Source: Rhizophagus irregularis
Taxonomy: Eukaryota
DNA length: 64,000 nt
Direction of reading: 5' to 3'
Assembly (NCBI RefSeq): GCF_026210795.1
Contig: NC_089434.1
Span: 2,294,001-2,358,000 of the forward strand
The position numbers and the translations under genes are program-made. Of the stretch, positions 1-13,299 are shown piece by piece. A model generated the notes under the pieces. That model saw only the letters and a program-made list of their open reading frames with translations, was not told where the DNA came from and made no database searches. Every line of letters begins with the position of its first letter. Position 1 is the stretch's first letter.

Positions 1-1500
1 TTTTTTTTTTGTTTTTTTTGCAGAAAATCAGCTCTGGCATGGATACTAATATTTCAGATAAGTTTCGAAACTAAAGTTTGAAACTTTATAAAAAAAACGT
101 TTTTTAATATTAAAAATGTTTTTTTTTTCATTTATGTATAAGAAATCAGCTCCAACATAGACGCTGATATTTTTTGAAACATCTTTAATAAAACGTTTTA
201 ACTAAAACATTTTTTTTTTTATTTTTGTATAGAAAATTAGCTTCAACGTAGACGCTGATATTCCAGGTAAGTTTTAAAACTAAAGGTTTGAAACATCTTT
301 AATAAAATATTTTAACTAAAACATTTTTTTATTTTTGTATAGGAAATCAGCTCTAACGTAGACGCTGATATTTCAGATAAGTTTTAAAACTAGAAGTTTC
401 AAAACTTCTTTAAAAAAAAACGTTTATTTTAACGTTTTTTTATATTTAATTATAGAGATATCAGTTCTGGTGTGGATACCGAATCTTAAAGATAAGTTTC
501 AAAAAAAGAATTTTAAAACTTTCTTTAATAAAACGTTTTTATACTAAAAACGTTTTTTTATTATTATTTTTTATATAGGGATATCGGTTTCAGCGTGAAT
601 ACCAAATCTCAAAGATAAGGTTTAAAAATTTTGAAACTTTAATATAAAAAACGTTAATTTTTAACATTTTTTTTAGGGATATCAGTTCTAGCATGGATAC
701 CATTTCCTTAGATAAAGTTTTGATAGATTTTCAAAACTTACTTAAAAAAATCATTTTTTAGTTAAAAAATGATTTTTTTTATATTTTTTTATAGGAAATC
801 AGTTCCAGCATAAATACTATTTCCCTAGGTGAAGTTTCAAAAAATTTTCGAACCTATTTTAAAAAAACGTTTTCTAACTAAAAAACATTTTTTTTAATAT
901 TTTTTTCACAGAAAATCAGTTCTGATGTAGATACCGTTTTCCCAGGTAAAAAAGTTTCAAAAGAATTTCGAAACTTTATTAAAAAAATGTTTTTTAATAT
1001 AAAAAATATTATTTTTTTTATTTTTTTTTAGGAATTCAGTTTCGGTATGGATATCGATACTCCAGGTAAAGTTTCAAAGATTTTGAAACTTTATTAAAAA
1101 AACATTTTTTTAATATAAAAAACGTTATTTTTTATTTTTTTTTTGTAGAAATTCAGTTCCGGTATGGATGTCGATATTCCAGGTAAAGTTTTAAAAATTT
1201 TTGAAACTTTCTTTTAAAAAAAAAAGTTTTATACTAAAAAACTTTTTTTTATTATATTTATTTGTAAGAAATTAGTTCCAGCGTGAATACCTTTTCCAGG
1301 TAAAGTTTTGAAAAATTTTCAAAACTTTCTTTACAAAAACAAGTTTTTATACCAAAAAGCTTTTTTTTTATTATATTTTTTTATAGGAAATCAGTTCCAA
1401 CATGAATACTGATATTCCAGGTAAAGTTTCAAAAAAAATTTTTGAAACTTATTTTTTTATTAAAGAATCAGTATACTAATCGTTTCTTTATTTTTTATTT
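1..1500 (+). repeat. Tandem array of ~115-125 bp units, each resembling polypyrimidine-AG / ~34-nt core / GT-intron
   Basis: About 13 degenerate units with core GAAATCAGTTCCAGC..GATA(C/T)T..TCCAG, preceded by T-rich...TAG, followed by GTAAGTTT/GTAAAGTTT (or mutated ATAAG) and often ACTAA. Left end lies outside the window. Confidence 0.8.
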
Positions 1501-2199
1501 AGGGTTTCTTTGGATTTTTGTTGAATAGGTGGTAAGTTTATTTTTGAAATTAAATTTTTTTAAAAGATAGTTTACTAATCATTTTTTATTTTTTTTGTTT
1601 TGTAGATTTTTCAGATCTTTGTAAATTAGACTTTTATTGGGTTAGTAAAGATGGTGGTAAATAGTAGATAATATGGCGGGTGTGTGTAGTGAATGGTAGT
1701 GAATGGTGGATGACAAATAGTAGATAGATTTAATATGTAATTTTAATATGTAAAGCAAATTAATAAAATTTAATTAATAAATTGTTATTACAAATTAAAA
1801 TTAGCTAATATACTAAATATACAAAATCGGTAATAATTAGATTGATTATTAACAATCGTCAATTTGGTTTTTACCAATTTATTACTAATTTTACTGATCG
1901 ATTTGTTGACAAGTAGCAGGCATTATGGTGCAAACAGTGTTTATTTTTCACTGTGCGGCATGTGCGCAGCGCACATAATCAGAATTTTACGCACACCTTT
2001 TTTAGAAAGGATGTGCAGCATGCACACAAAAAATTTTGAAATATCTTTATGTGATTGGACGCATATATGTTACAGTACCTATTATAGTAGTATAGCCATA
2101 CCACTTTGCCGCACAGTAAGATTCAATAAATTGTGTAACATCTGCACAGTAACTTTTATCAAAAAATTAACACTGGGTGCAAATCGCCTATAAAATTAG

Positions 2200-2299
2200 T
2201 TGCTGATTTTTTTTGGTACTGATCGGCTAAGGTCAGACTAAATTTCGTCCAACATTCGGCAATTTAAAATTTTGCCGAAATGGACTATTCTGACTAGTG
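2200..2299. mobile_element. Probable right end of a CACTA-type element (may enclose the 1-1500 array)
   Basis: Ends ...TTCTGACTAGTG, whose reverse complement starts CACTAGTCAGAA. Partner end not in the window. Confidence 0.4.
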
Positions 2300-3024
2300 A
2301 AAGAAGCTAAGTTATTCTATGAATTTATTACAAGAAAACCTGATGATACATTTTTATCAGTACAATCAGTAAATCGTTGGCATAAAGAAATTTTTTCTTT
2401 TCATATAAATTTAACTTTTTTATCAGCTTCTATATCTTTACTTTTAGTATCTATATATGAAACCGAAATTGGTTAATTTTGGCCTTCGAAATAGTCAAAA
2501 TGGTCAAAATGGTCAAAATGATTTCGATTTGAGCCTCTCTAAAAGTCGAAATGGTCAAAATTACGTTATAATCATATGATTTTATAGTAAACAATAATCA
2601 TCATGATATTAGTCAAAGTAATTTATTAATATTTATTATTAGCATTTATTAAATATGGTAAAATGCATTTAAGTATTTACTTAAAATACTAATAAAATGC
2701 TTAAAAAATTAAATGGTTAATAAATATTAAAATTTAGTACTTATTTAATATATTAAGCATTTATTGCTTAATAAATATAAAATTTTAATACTTATTAAAT
2801 ATTGCTATTCAATAAACATATGGTTTCAGTTGGTCCAACATCGTGATGATATTAAAATTCAAAGTTAATGATCTTTGCATTCAGTGATTCGATTTTTATG
2901 ATCTTGTGCAGTTGGATTCAGCTCATCGAGAGGATTCCAATGATATGTATTAACTGCAGATAATTGCATATGAAAAATTTAAAAAATAAGTTTGACGGTC
3001 TGGGCAGATATTATCATGTGTATG

Positions 3025-3447
3025 ATCTTTACAGAAATTTAACATTTTTAATCAATATAGAATTGATATTGTTAAGTTTATCTTAATGGTATTGTTTTAA
3101 TATCATTTTAACTAATATCATTTCAATATCGATTTAACATTGATACAATATTGAAATAAAGTATTATTATTTCGATATCATTTCAATATTAAATTAATAT
3201 TAAAATGATATTGAAATGATAATTAAAATGACATTAAAATGATATCTTTAAATTAAACTTAAAAATGTTATTTCAATATCATTTCTATTATCATTTAATA
3301 TCATTTTAATACTATTTTGATATCATTTTAATATTAAAGTGATAATATTTTATTTTGATATCGTATCGATATTAAATCGATATTGAAATGATATCAAAAT
3401 AATATTAAAATAATATTGCTTGAAAACTTAAAGTTTCTGTAAAGATG
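3025..3447. mobile_element. Palindromic AT-rich MITE-like element
   Basis: ATCTTTACAGAAA... at left and ...TTTCTGTAAAGAT at right; interior built of inverted ATATCATTT/AAATGATAT motifs. Confidence 0.5.
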
Positions 3448-4612
3448 ACTGTATATGAAAATTTCATATATAGTCAGAAAATGAATTAAGTGGTTTATTA
3501 TTTTCGCAAATAGCTGTAATCTGTATCAATCAACATATAACTAATTTGATACCTGATTGACAACAATTTGACCAGCTGATTAATGACTTATGGTCAACAA
3601 TATTCAATCGGCAACCAATCAGTTAACGTTCAATATAGATGACAGATAGCTGATTATTTACTGATTGTTAAACTGGCACCAATCAGTCACCAATTAGCAC
3701 TAATCGGTCATATGACTGATGTGTAGTCAATTGAAATAAATGCCTGATTGATGACCAGTTGAGTATCTAAATGAATGAATCAGTAACAGATCAGCTACCA
3801 ATCAGGTACCAATCGGTTATATAACCGATTGATGACTGGTATATTATATTTCAATCTGTATTAGTAGGTTCTACAAATTGCAAATTTTAAATTCAAATTA
3901 GATTTGAGAATATGTAGGATCATGTGAATACAGTCAACTCTCTTTATAGTCACACATTTGGGACAGTCCATATTTGGTGATTATAAAGAGATGTGACTAT
4001 ATAAAAAATTTCTTATATTTGTATATCATAATTTCGGCCAAAAATTAACATAATTTTAGCCAGAATTATACTTAAAACTTTATTGTATCGTAACTTCGCC
4101 AATATTAATCGTAGAGAGATGATCTTACCGCCATTCGATTCGTCTTGATGAGGCGGTTCTAATGGTATAAAATACGTCGAAATCCAATCACTAGATTAAT
4201 TTCCAAAATTAAAAAAATATTAATGGTTTTTGTGTAATAACTCTGCCAATATTGATCCTAGAAAGACGATCTTACTACCATTCGATTCGTCTTGATGAGA
4301 CGAATCTAATGGTATAAGATACATCGAAATCCAATCACTAGATCAATTTCCGAAATTAAAAAATATTAAATGGTTTTTAAGTAATAACTCCGTCAATATT
4401 GATCACAGAGAGATGAGCTTACCACCATTCGATTCGTCTCGATGAGACGATTCCAACGAGCTATAAATCGTCTTTTTACAATCACTAGGTACTGAGAAAT
4501 CTAGCAAAATGTTAAATGGCGCAGTAAACGTAAATCAAGAAATATTATAATGCTGATGTTTAACATTTTGTTGAATAACTCGTCAGCCAGTGATTGGAAA
4601 GGGATAAAACTA

Positions 4613-5598
4613 GGGTTGGTCACCCTATCTTGGTGGTTAGTCACTGAGACCCTCATTAAGCCTGAGTATGGTGAGGTCGCAGGTTCGATTCCCATGACCA
4701 CGGAAATAAAAAGAATTTTACTGCAGACGCTACAACCAATAGCGTGAAGGTACAGGGATTAGTGTAGTTGGACTGCATCATGGTGAATTAGTGTGTACGG
4801 TTAGGCCGCACATTTCAACTAAGGGTCATGGTGTCCTTCTAACGTTCCCTATGGCGCCATTGGCATGTGCGCAGCCCCTGTCCTCGTTAGGTCACTACTA
4901 TACCTGGAGTGGGGACTTCCTGTCCGGGTGGTCACTCTACGATACCGCTTGGGGTCAGTAATGGCTAGATGGTCGTCCTAGATGGTAAAGCTGAGGGTGC
5001 AATGTCTTAGTGGTAGTTAGACCTTCTGTTAGGTCTTAGACCAACCAAGGTGTTCGTGCGCGAACAGGTAGCGTGGCTATGGGGTTCGATTCCCTACTCC
5101 TGGGTGCCTGGTTGGTGATCCCTGGTGGTTGATACCCACCATAAGGGGTGATCCTGGACAGATGCCTGCTACTTCCTGTCTGAGTGGTCACTACAAAGTA
5201 TACCACTTGGGGTAAACAACTGTACTATCGGTGCTAGGTAATCGCGGGCTGTAGTGGCGCTTTGAGTGAGGCTTAGTACCTAAAATGGTAGTATGGAAGG
5301 GTACTAGATGGTTGATGTTACCTGTCGAAAGTCCTCCATGAAAGTAGATGCTCTCTAAAGGTCGTTAAATAAATTGAGTATCAGTATCGTACAATGGGTA
5401 TAGGATGAGTAGGCGGCGTGTATCTAGCTTCAGATCAGCCTAAAATGGCCCGATGGGAGATGTCTTCTATAGTGGTGCTGTTACCTGAGGAATTAAGTAC
5501 TCGGTATAATGGTTGCCCATTGAAGATGATAGGACGCGACCCGACCCAGTTAGTTACGCAAGAGGCAATGGGGGTGGTCTGCCGTAAACACTTTCAAA
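4613..5598 (+). mobile_element. tRNA-headed SINE-like element, copy 1 of tandem dimer
   Basis: GC-rich against the background. A-box-like TATCTTGGTGGTTAG and B-box GGTTCGATTCC. Preceded by GGAAAGGGATAAAACTA (4596-4612), which recurs at 5599 and 6579 and interrupts a repeat unit of the host element. Homologous to 58519-59754. Confidence 0.75.
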
Positions 5599-5615
5599 GG
5601 AAAGGGATAAAAGCA

Positions 5616-6578
5616 GGGTTGGTCACCCTATCTCGGTGGTTAGTCACTGAGGCCCTCATTAAGCCTGAGTATGGTGAGGTCGCAGGTTCGATTCCTATGA
5701 CCACGGAAATAAAAAGAATTTTACTGCGGACGCTACAACCAATAGCGCAACAGTAGCATTAGCAGGCAGGACTGCATCATGGCGAATTCACGCGACGATT
5801 AGGCTGCACATTTCAACTAAGGGTCATGGTGTCCTTCTAACGTTCCCTATGAGGCCATTGGCATGTGCGCAGTCCTGTCCTTGAGGTCACTACTATACTT
5901 TCAGGGGGACTTTCTGTCGGGTCACTCTACGCCACCGCTAGGGTCAGTAATGGCTATGATGGTCGTCCCTAAATGGTAAAGCTGAGGGTGCAATGTCTTA
6001 GTGGTAGTTAGACCTTCTGTTAGGTCTTAGGACGACCAAGGTGTTCGTGCACAGAACAGGTAGCATGGCTAGCTCGATTCCCTACTCCTGGGTCCCCTGT
6101 TGGTGATCCCTGGTGGCGATACCCACCATATGAGCGATCCTGAACAGACGCCTGCTACTCCCGTCTGAGTTGGTCACTACAAAAGATCCACTTGGGGTAA
6201 ACAACTGTACTATCGGTGCTAGGTAATCGCGGGCTGTAGTGGCTTTGAGTGAGACTTGGTACCTAAAATGGTGGTATGGAAGGGTGTTAGATGGTTGATG
6301 TTACCTGTCGAAAGTCCTCCATGAAAGTAGATGCTCTCTAAAGGTCGTTAAATAAATTGAGTATCAGTATCATGCAATGGGTATAGGATGAGTAGGCGGC
6401 GTGTACCTAGGCTTCAGATCAGCCTAAATGGCCTGATGGGGGATGTCTTCTATAGTGGTGCTGTTACCTGAGGAATTAAGTACTCGGTTTAATGGTTGCC
6501 CATTGAAGATGATAGGACACAGACCCGAGATTAGTCTCATAAGAGGCAATGGGTGGTCTGGCCGTAAACACTTGCAAA
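5616..6578 (+). mobile_element. tRNA-headed SINE-like element, copy 2 of tandem dimer
   Basis: Colinear near-copy of 4613-5598 with small indels; followed by the 17-bp TSD at 6579-6595. Confidence 0.7.
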
Positions 6579-6999
6579 GGAAAGGGATAAAACTACCACC
6601 ATTCGATTCGTTTCAGTGAGACGATTCCAACAAGCTATGATACATCTTTGTACGATTATTAGATGCCAAGTTATTTAATATATTCTTTATATAACTGTGA
6701 TTATAAACGGTTCTTTTTAATATAAGATTTTTGAGGATAGGTGTGATAGTGACTATAGATAGATTGTGACTATATAGGATAGATTTTAATAATAAAGTGT
6801 TTTGAACATTCAACTGGTGTGACTATATAGTAGAATGTGACTATAATGGGAGTGACTATAGAGGGAGTTGACTGTAATATCTTTACTAAAATTTGAATTT
6901 ACTTAATAAGATAAGACTAAACTACCTCTGATTTATATATTCAAGAAAAAGAAATTGATATACATGAAAAAAGAAAAAATTTCTTTTGATATGATCATT

Positions 7000-7757
7000 T
7001 GATTTCAAGAAAATAGGTGGATAGACATTAACTTGATTGGAAGCATCAGTTAAAAATAAATTTTATGCAAGTGATATTTATTTAGTAATAATTTCTGGAA
7101 GACTAACAGGTATCTGCCAGCTTTTTAACATTGCAATTAATAAGCCATTCAAGAATTACCTTTAATTTACCAAGAATAGCATCTATAGATAGTAAGTGAT
7201 AATGCTAGAGTAATTGCTAATGGAAACCTTTAGTATGCTAAAATAAGTGATGTTTGTAGTTGGAACAAACAATTATAGAATAAAATTACTGATGAAATTA
7301 TAATTGAATCTTTTAAAGTGTGGCATAATAGATTTGTTGGTTAATGAAAATGTAAAAATTGATAAAGAATCAGAAACTGAAAAATCAGAAATTAAGGTAA
7401 AATTAAAAACTGAAAAAGAATCAGAAACTGAAGTAGAATTGGAAGCTAATAATGGAGAATCAGAAATTGAGGAGTGGGAAAATGGTATTAATGATATAGA
7501 ATCAGAAATTGAAAAATTGGTAATCAATAAAACTGATGATGAAAGTCATTAGAATGGTAATACTTTAATAGCGTATTTTTTTCTTTGATTTTAATGACAA
7601 AATTGCATATTATTATCATTGAACATTATAATTACATTTATTGTATTGTCTGTTAAAATTTTATAAAGAATTTTCAATAAAATTTTACAAGTTGCTTATT
7701 TTTGGGTACTATATAAATACGATGTTGATACTTGCTTATTTTTGGTCAAATATGGTA
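7000..7757 (+). pseudogene. Degenerate pogo-type DDE transposase fragment and right TIR remnant
   Basis: About 7097-7160 reads GRLTGICQLFNIAINKPFKNY (pogo GLT..QPLD..INKPFK motif), then an acidic tail (ORF 7304-7552) and repeated TTGCTTATTTTTGG ending in ...AAATATGGTA. Confidence 0.55.
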
Positions 7758-8132
7758 ATTCTTTAAACTAATAACTAAACTTATATATATTATCTTAATA
7801 AAGATAAATCTATTAAAAATATAAAGTTCTTTTAATTGACACTTTAAAACTTAGTAATTACAAGAATAGTGAGCTTATTAAATTTATACAAAAAATAATC
7901 ATCAAATTATTTGGCTATAATGGTAAATTATACATATATACTTGATAAATTTGCAGGAAAAAAAATTGATTTGCATAATTAAATAATAATCTTTAAACTT
8001 ATAAAAAAAGGATTATAATTATTATAATTCAATATTTTTTTTCAAAAAACTTTTATGCTTTATTAATTTTACTGGCTAATATATAAGAATTACTGTAATT
8101 AAGTATTTTTTACCATTGAAAATCATATAGTA

Positions 8133-10216
8133 TTAACGAATTTGTGTGCGAATGTCAAAAACAGATTCACGTCTCTTTTCTTTTTCGCCGTTATTAAAAA
8201 TGTTCCAAAAACGCAATGTTTCATCTCCAGCACCAGTAACTATATTTTGCCCATCAGGTGAAACGGAAAGATACAGGACACGATATGTATGACCTCTCAA
8301 AACTGCCAATTGTTCCATGGAAGGGTATTGCCAGAGGATTACTTGATTCTGAGAATATCCATGAGTTGAAACAAGTTCGTTTGAATGTCTAGACCATGCA
8401 AGGTTACAAACCTAAAAAATATAATAATATTTAATAAACCAAGCCTATTAATTAATAAATCAATATAATATGTGAGCCTCACCTGTGACTCGGTGTCATA
8501 ACACTCCAACGCTTCGCCAGTTGAGGTACTCCAAAATCTAATGTGTTTATCTTGAGAACCACCACCGCTTGCTAAAAGACCATGTGAATGTGGACTCCAA
8601 GCAATTGCTTTAACAGCTGCTGTATGATGAAGGAATTTATAAATAGGAATGTCACTTGCATTGTCCCAAATTAGGAGTTTGTTATCGTTGCTCCCACTGG
8701 CAAGTTGTGTTCCTTCCGGATTCCATTTGAGGCCACAAACCTAGTTAGAATAAGTTATTAGATATATCAGATATGCTCACTCATAATAAAAACAAAAATA
8801 AAAAAAGGAAAAAATGTTCACACCTCCTGTCTATGTCCTGTTAATTTTGTTGTGAACTCATTTGGTACTCTTACATCTCTATGGTAAATCAGTCTGTCAC
8901 GGCTTCCTGAGCTGACTGTATATTGGTTCCAAGCCAGGGCACCTTTTAAAGTGAAAGAGAATGTGAAAATAATATATATTAATATCAATGTAATAAGTAG
9001 TCAAGATAACTCTCAAATACTAACCAACTCGTTGGGTATGACCTCTCATTTTTCTAACTCTTTTGCTTTTTTGTACATCCCAAATTTCGACGGGACCTAA
9101 AGCTGTACCAACAGCTATGTGCGAACCCTGTAAATAAAAACTATTAGATATATGAATTTAAACATAATCTACAGTGGTCGAGAATTTACCGTTGGCATCC
9201 AACTAACTGATGTAACGTTCTCTGCGCTGTTCCTATGATTTCCTTGGCTTGCCATATCACATAGTTTAATGACCTAATGTTTCAAAAAAAATTAAAAAAA
9301 AATTAGATGATTCCTTCTCCATTTTGTATGATAATGCCCCAATTAAATAGATAATTACCCTTGATGTAGCTGCACTCCAAAGATAAACACAAGTACCCAG
9401 ACCTACTCCTAAAACATTATTTGAGGACCAATCAACTAAGTTCAAATAAAAATCATCCTACACATTTTGTTTAGAGTGAAAACGTATTAATCCTTTTGTA
9501 ACAAAGAATGACACTCTAATTTAAGGTACTACCTGAAGGTCTGGCGCGTCAAGTACTTTATATGGATGTTTACTAATATACCTCAGTGGTTTGCGTGGAC
9601 TAGTTAGAATCATTTGCGCTTCAAATGGAAGAGGACTTGATGAATAAGAATTTCTGAAAGGCGAATCAATAGCGTTTGATCGTCTCTTTGTCGGTGTGCT
9701 GTAGGGTAATACTGTTTTCTGTACTTTGGATGGACTACTATTATTTATACGTCGAATAATTTCATCCGTTGTATCCTTAAGAGGAAACATCGACTTTCCA
9801 AGCACAGCTCTATAGATACGACCGTCCTCTTCTAATAATTATAAAGAACCAAGTTATAACACTATAAGACCAAGAATGTAAAGTGCAATTGTCATTTACC
9901 TTGCTGTGCATCTTCTTCGATCACTGAAATTTTTCGCTTTTTTGTATTATCATCAATACGCAATTGACGATAATCATTGACCGGATCAGGAGTTCTTTGA
10001 GGTATGTGCCTAGAAACAAATCGATCTATTAATGCGTGTTATATTAAGGAACAAATATTTATGTATATTTAGTTACCGGTCATAAGTAGTTCTTTGAGTA
10101 GTTGTGTTTATGATAGTTCTTACAGGCGAAACAGTTGTGGAATTCTGTTCACTTCTCCGCACACCAGGACTGTTTTGATGTGCCTGATCAGAATGGTTTC
10201 CGGTGTGTTGCGACAT
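8133..10216 (-). CDS. CDH1: APC/C activator Cdh1/Fizzy-related WD40 protein (multi-exon; 5' exon structure uncertain)
   Basis: Exons give [67 protein letters not shown] and [27 protein letters not shown], ending in an IR tail. A C-box-like DRFVSR lies near 10025. Introns are GT-AG. Confidence 0.93.
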
Positions 10217-10959
10217 TCTGTATTATGACGGCATTAAGTAAAAGAAAATATATTGTATTTACTACATAAAATAAGTTGGTATAAAGCGAAGGTGAATAAA
10301 TTAAAATTGAAACGTCAAAGCCCGAGAAGATATTTTATTTGTTTATTACGTTTTTCGACGTGTCGTTAAAACAGCTTCTACAAGCTTACCGTTGATACTC
10401 GCTATAACAGTTGCAGTATACTTTTATAGTAACTGATGTCACTAATAGTATTATAGTGCTGGTAAGTTTTAGTAATGAGTGTAAGAGAACGTGTCGAATA
10501 GTTATTAAAGAAGTTGTATTTATAAAAGTTTTGAACGTGTTGGTTGATTATCTATAACAGATGACAGTAGTTTAAATCACAGCGCCAAATCCTGTAAATC
10601 CTGTGATATATGAAATGACTAATAATATTACTAAAGTAAATGTGCTTATAAGGAGGTTAGTGAATGTGATTATAGAGGGGATATGGCTCCGACAAATATC
10701 ACACTAGAAATCATTATTTTAATATTAATATTCGGACACTTTTATTTGTATTGTTGAAAAAAATTTGTCAATTCTTTTTACCTTACAAATGCTATCTATA
10801 TAAGCTTGATATATAATATTTATCGTAGACAAGATATAGAATTTATATTTATATGTGTAATCATTTGGAAACTAAAAAGCCAATTAAGGTAATTAGGTGA
10901 AATTAAATCTTTATTTTGACAGTTTCCTCCTGAAGAACTTCGCTCTCTTGCACTGGTTT

Positions 10960-12467
10960 TCATCTTCGGCCAGTCAAGAAAGACCTTTTTGGGCCCCTAG
11001 ATGAAAGATAGTGATATTAAAGAAAAAAAAATTGACAAATGGAAACGTTTCTTGGTTCAATGTCGTCGATTACGCTTCCTACTGTTCACGCATTTTAGCG
11101 CCGTTTTTGGGAACGAGTATATAAAAAATCATTTCCGAGAAATGATTTGGTATCAAATAAAGCTATTCGTAAAAAATCATGCCCAATTCCCGAATATCAT
11201 ACGGCTTTTGGCCGAAGAAAGCCGAACGACTCCAAATTATCAACCGAGTAAAATTTAGAAATGACAACATACCTCTTTCCAGCTCTACCCCCCTTTGTAT
11301 TCTCATCGTGGTAATCCATGTTAGCGTATTGATCAATCGCGCCTCCTGCCATAATTTCCATATGGTCAACATTTTTTGAATTGGATTTTACTTCTTTGCG
11401 AAGGCGTTCTACTTCCTTTTCATATTCTTCTTTTTGTTTCTTGTTTTCAATAGCAGCATCCCGAACTTGTACGATCTTGGTATCTATGACTTTTAAAATT
11501 TCCTCTGAAGTTTGAGACCTTTATATAAAAAAAATAAAATTAGTGAGATATAGCTAAACATTATATATCAGTTAAAGACAAATTTAAAACACACCAAGCA
11601 CTTAATACTTCCAACATTTGATCGATTTGCCCCGGTCGTAAATCTCTACCCATTGTATACTCGATTTCGAGTTGTTTCCTTTTTTGATCTAATTTACCTT
11701 TAATTACATCTTGGTAGATTGCCTCAATAATTAGATCCTCAAGTTCACGGACATTTGGTATATCAAGGTATTGCAAAAGTATGTCATACGGGATTGTCTA
11801 GCACGGATTTTTTTTTTAAAGAAAAAAGATAAATAATCATTCAATCCGATGACAATAACTCTTGACACTTCATTCAAAAAAATTACAAACTCTTGATTCT
11901 TCGGATAAGGAAACGATGGATAAATGTTTCAATTTATTAAGTTGTGTAGCTTCTAATTGAGGCAATGTTGATGCATTTTCTAAAAAATAGATCATAGTTA
12001 ATCAAACGTCAAATTTGATAAATACAAATCGTAGCAATTTATGAATTACCTTTATAATCTTTATATGTGCCATAAGAAAACAATCTTAATAATGTATGGT
12101 ATGAAACATGTTGCTCATTATTTTGAAGCTAAAAGAATTTAAATATATATTAATTAACCTTTAAATATTACCCTTAGTTCGGTTTAATTTATTATACAGG
12201 ACTAACAAGCAAAAAAGTATAAAAACGTCTTTACAAACTAATCAAAAAGCTCAACGCCATACATGTTAGTCTAAGACAATTCTTATAATTGAAGTATACC
12301 TCAGCAACATTTGGCATTTCTAATAATTCGGCAAACACGTAAACACCTGGTGCAGCCAGTGCGTCTTTAATCAGTTGTACACATGCACCACCTTTAGCAG
12401 ACTTAGAAAGCAGAAGGTAAGGTTCTAGACGTTGACGAGCCGAAGAGCTTAATACGACTTCAGACAT
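10960..12467 (-). CDS. CSN7: COP9 signalosome subunit 7 (PCI domain), multi-exon
   Basis: [63 protein letters not shown] and [31 protein letters not shown] are typical of CSN7. Last exon inferred (10996-10960, or alternative 11081-11057). Confidence 0.88.
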
Positions 12468-13299
12468 AATTACTTGAGGATTAGAGTCTGACTTGATCAC
12501 AGTATTAACTGATGTATATTTATCACCCGATTGGATATATTGCACGTGACAAGAATGAATTGATGGAACTGTTTAGGCACGACGAGACTCATGAGAGATT
12601 GTCTTCGGGCGACGTTACATTGTTTAAAATTTTGTCTGTCTTTAAGATTGTGATAATACAGTAATTCTTTCCGACTCCACGACAATATATGGTTCTCGTT
12701 CAGCTATAAAAATAAAAATAACTACAGCACCGCGATTTACAAATAATATTTACTTTCTAACTTTTTTTATAAACCTATTAATGTAATCCGTCTTGTTAAA
12801 TTATTTTTTTAAATAATGAGATTTGTGAAATTTTTCACGTGTTGTCCGTATTTTATTCATGAAATAACCTTAAATCTTCGTGAAAGAGCAATTTTTCAGC
12901 GGATATTATTCCCATGAAAAAAATCACAAAATAAATTCATTTCCTAAAATCTAGAAAAGTAACACAAAATGCAATATAACGTTACATTAATTTTACAAAA
13001 TTTCCATTTTTAAAATCAGAACGTTACATTTTCCGATCTTGCAGATTTCTTGTAATGAGTTTTTTTATTGAATTTTGTTCGACACATGTTTTTATAGCAA
13101 TATATGTGTTTTTTGACATTCTAATGTGATTCAGATACAGATATGACGATGATGCCACCTTCATACGAGCGCAACTCAAAGGAATTCAATATGTACTCAA
13201 ATAAATAAAAATAATCATATAAATATTTTTTTAAAAAAAAAACTTTTATCTTATCTTATTTTTACCCAATTAGTTTTAAGAAAGTTTTGTGTTTAAACC

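Larger units (their letters stand above)
3931..6874. mobile_element. Non-autonomous pogo/Tigger (Tc1-mariner) element carrying the SINE dimer
   Basis: TIRs CAGTCAACTC(T/C)CT(T/C)TATAGTCAC at both ends with TA on both flanks. Internal ~145-bp repeats (CTTACC(G/A)CCATTCGATTCGTC). TIR start matches the element at 31321. Confidence 0.85.

Noticed and set aside
4613..4702. Functional tRNA gene
   Set aside because: A/B boxes and a T-arm are present, but there is no canonical anticodon arm and it is the head of a TSD-flanked repeat.
4501..5756. Short ORFs in the SINE region
   Set aside because: They run across element boundaries and the tRNA-like head and have no protein motifs.
4613..6578. Retrozyme / hammerhead ribozyme or rDNA repeat
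   Set aside because: No CUGANGA...GAAA core with proper stems seen on either strand, and no recognisable rRNA or 5S sequence.
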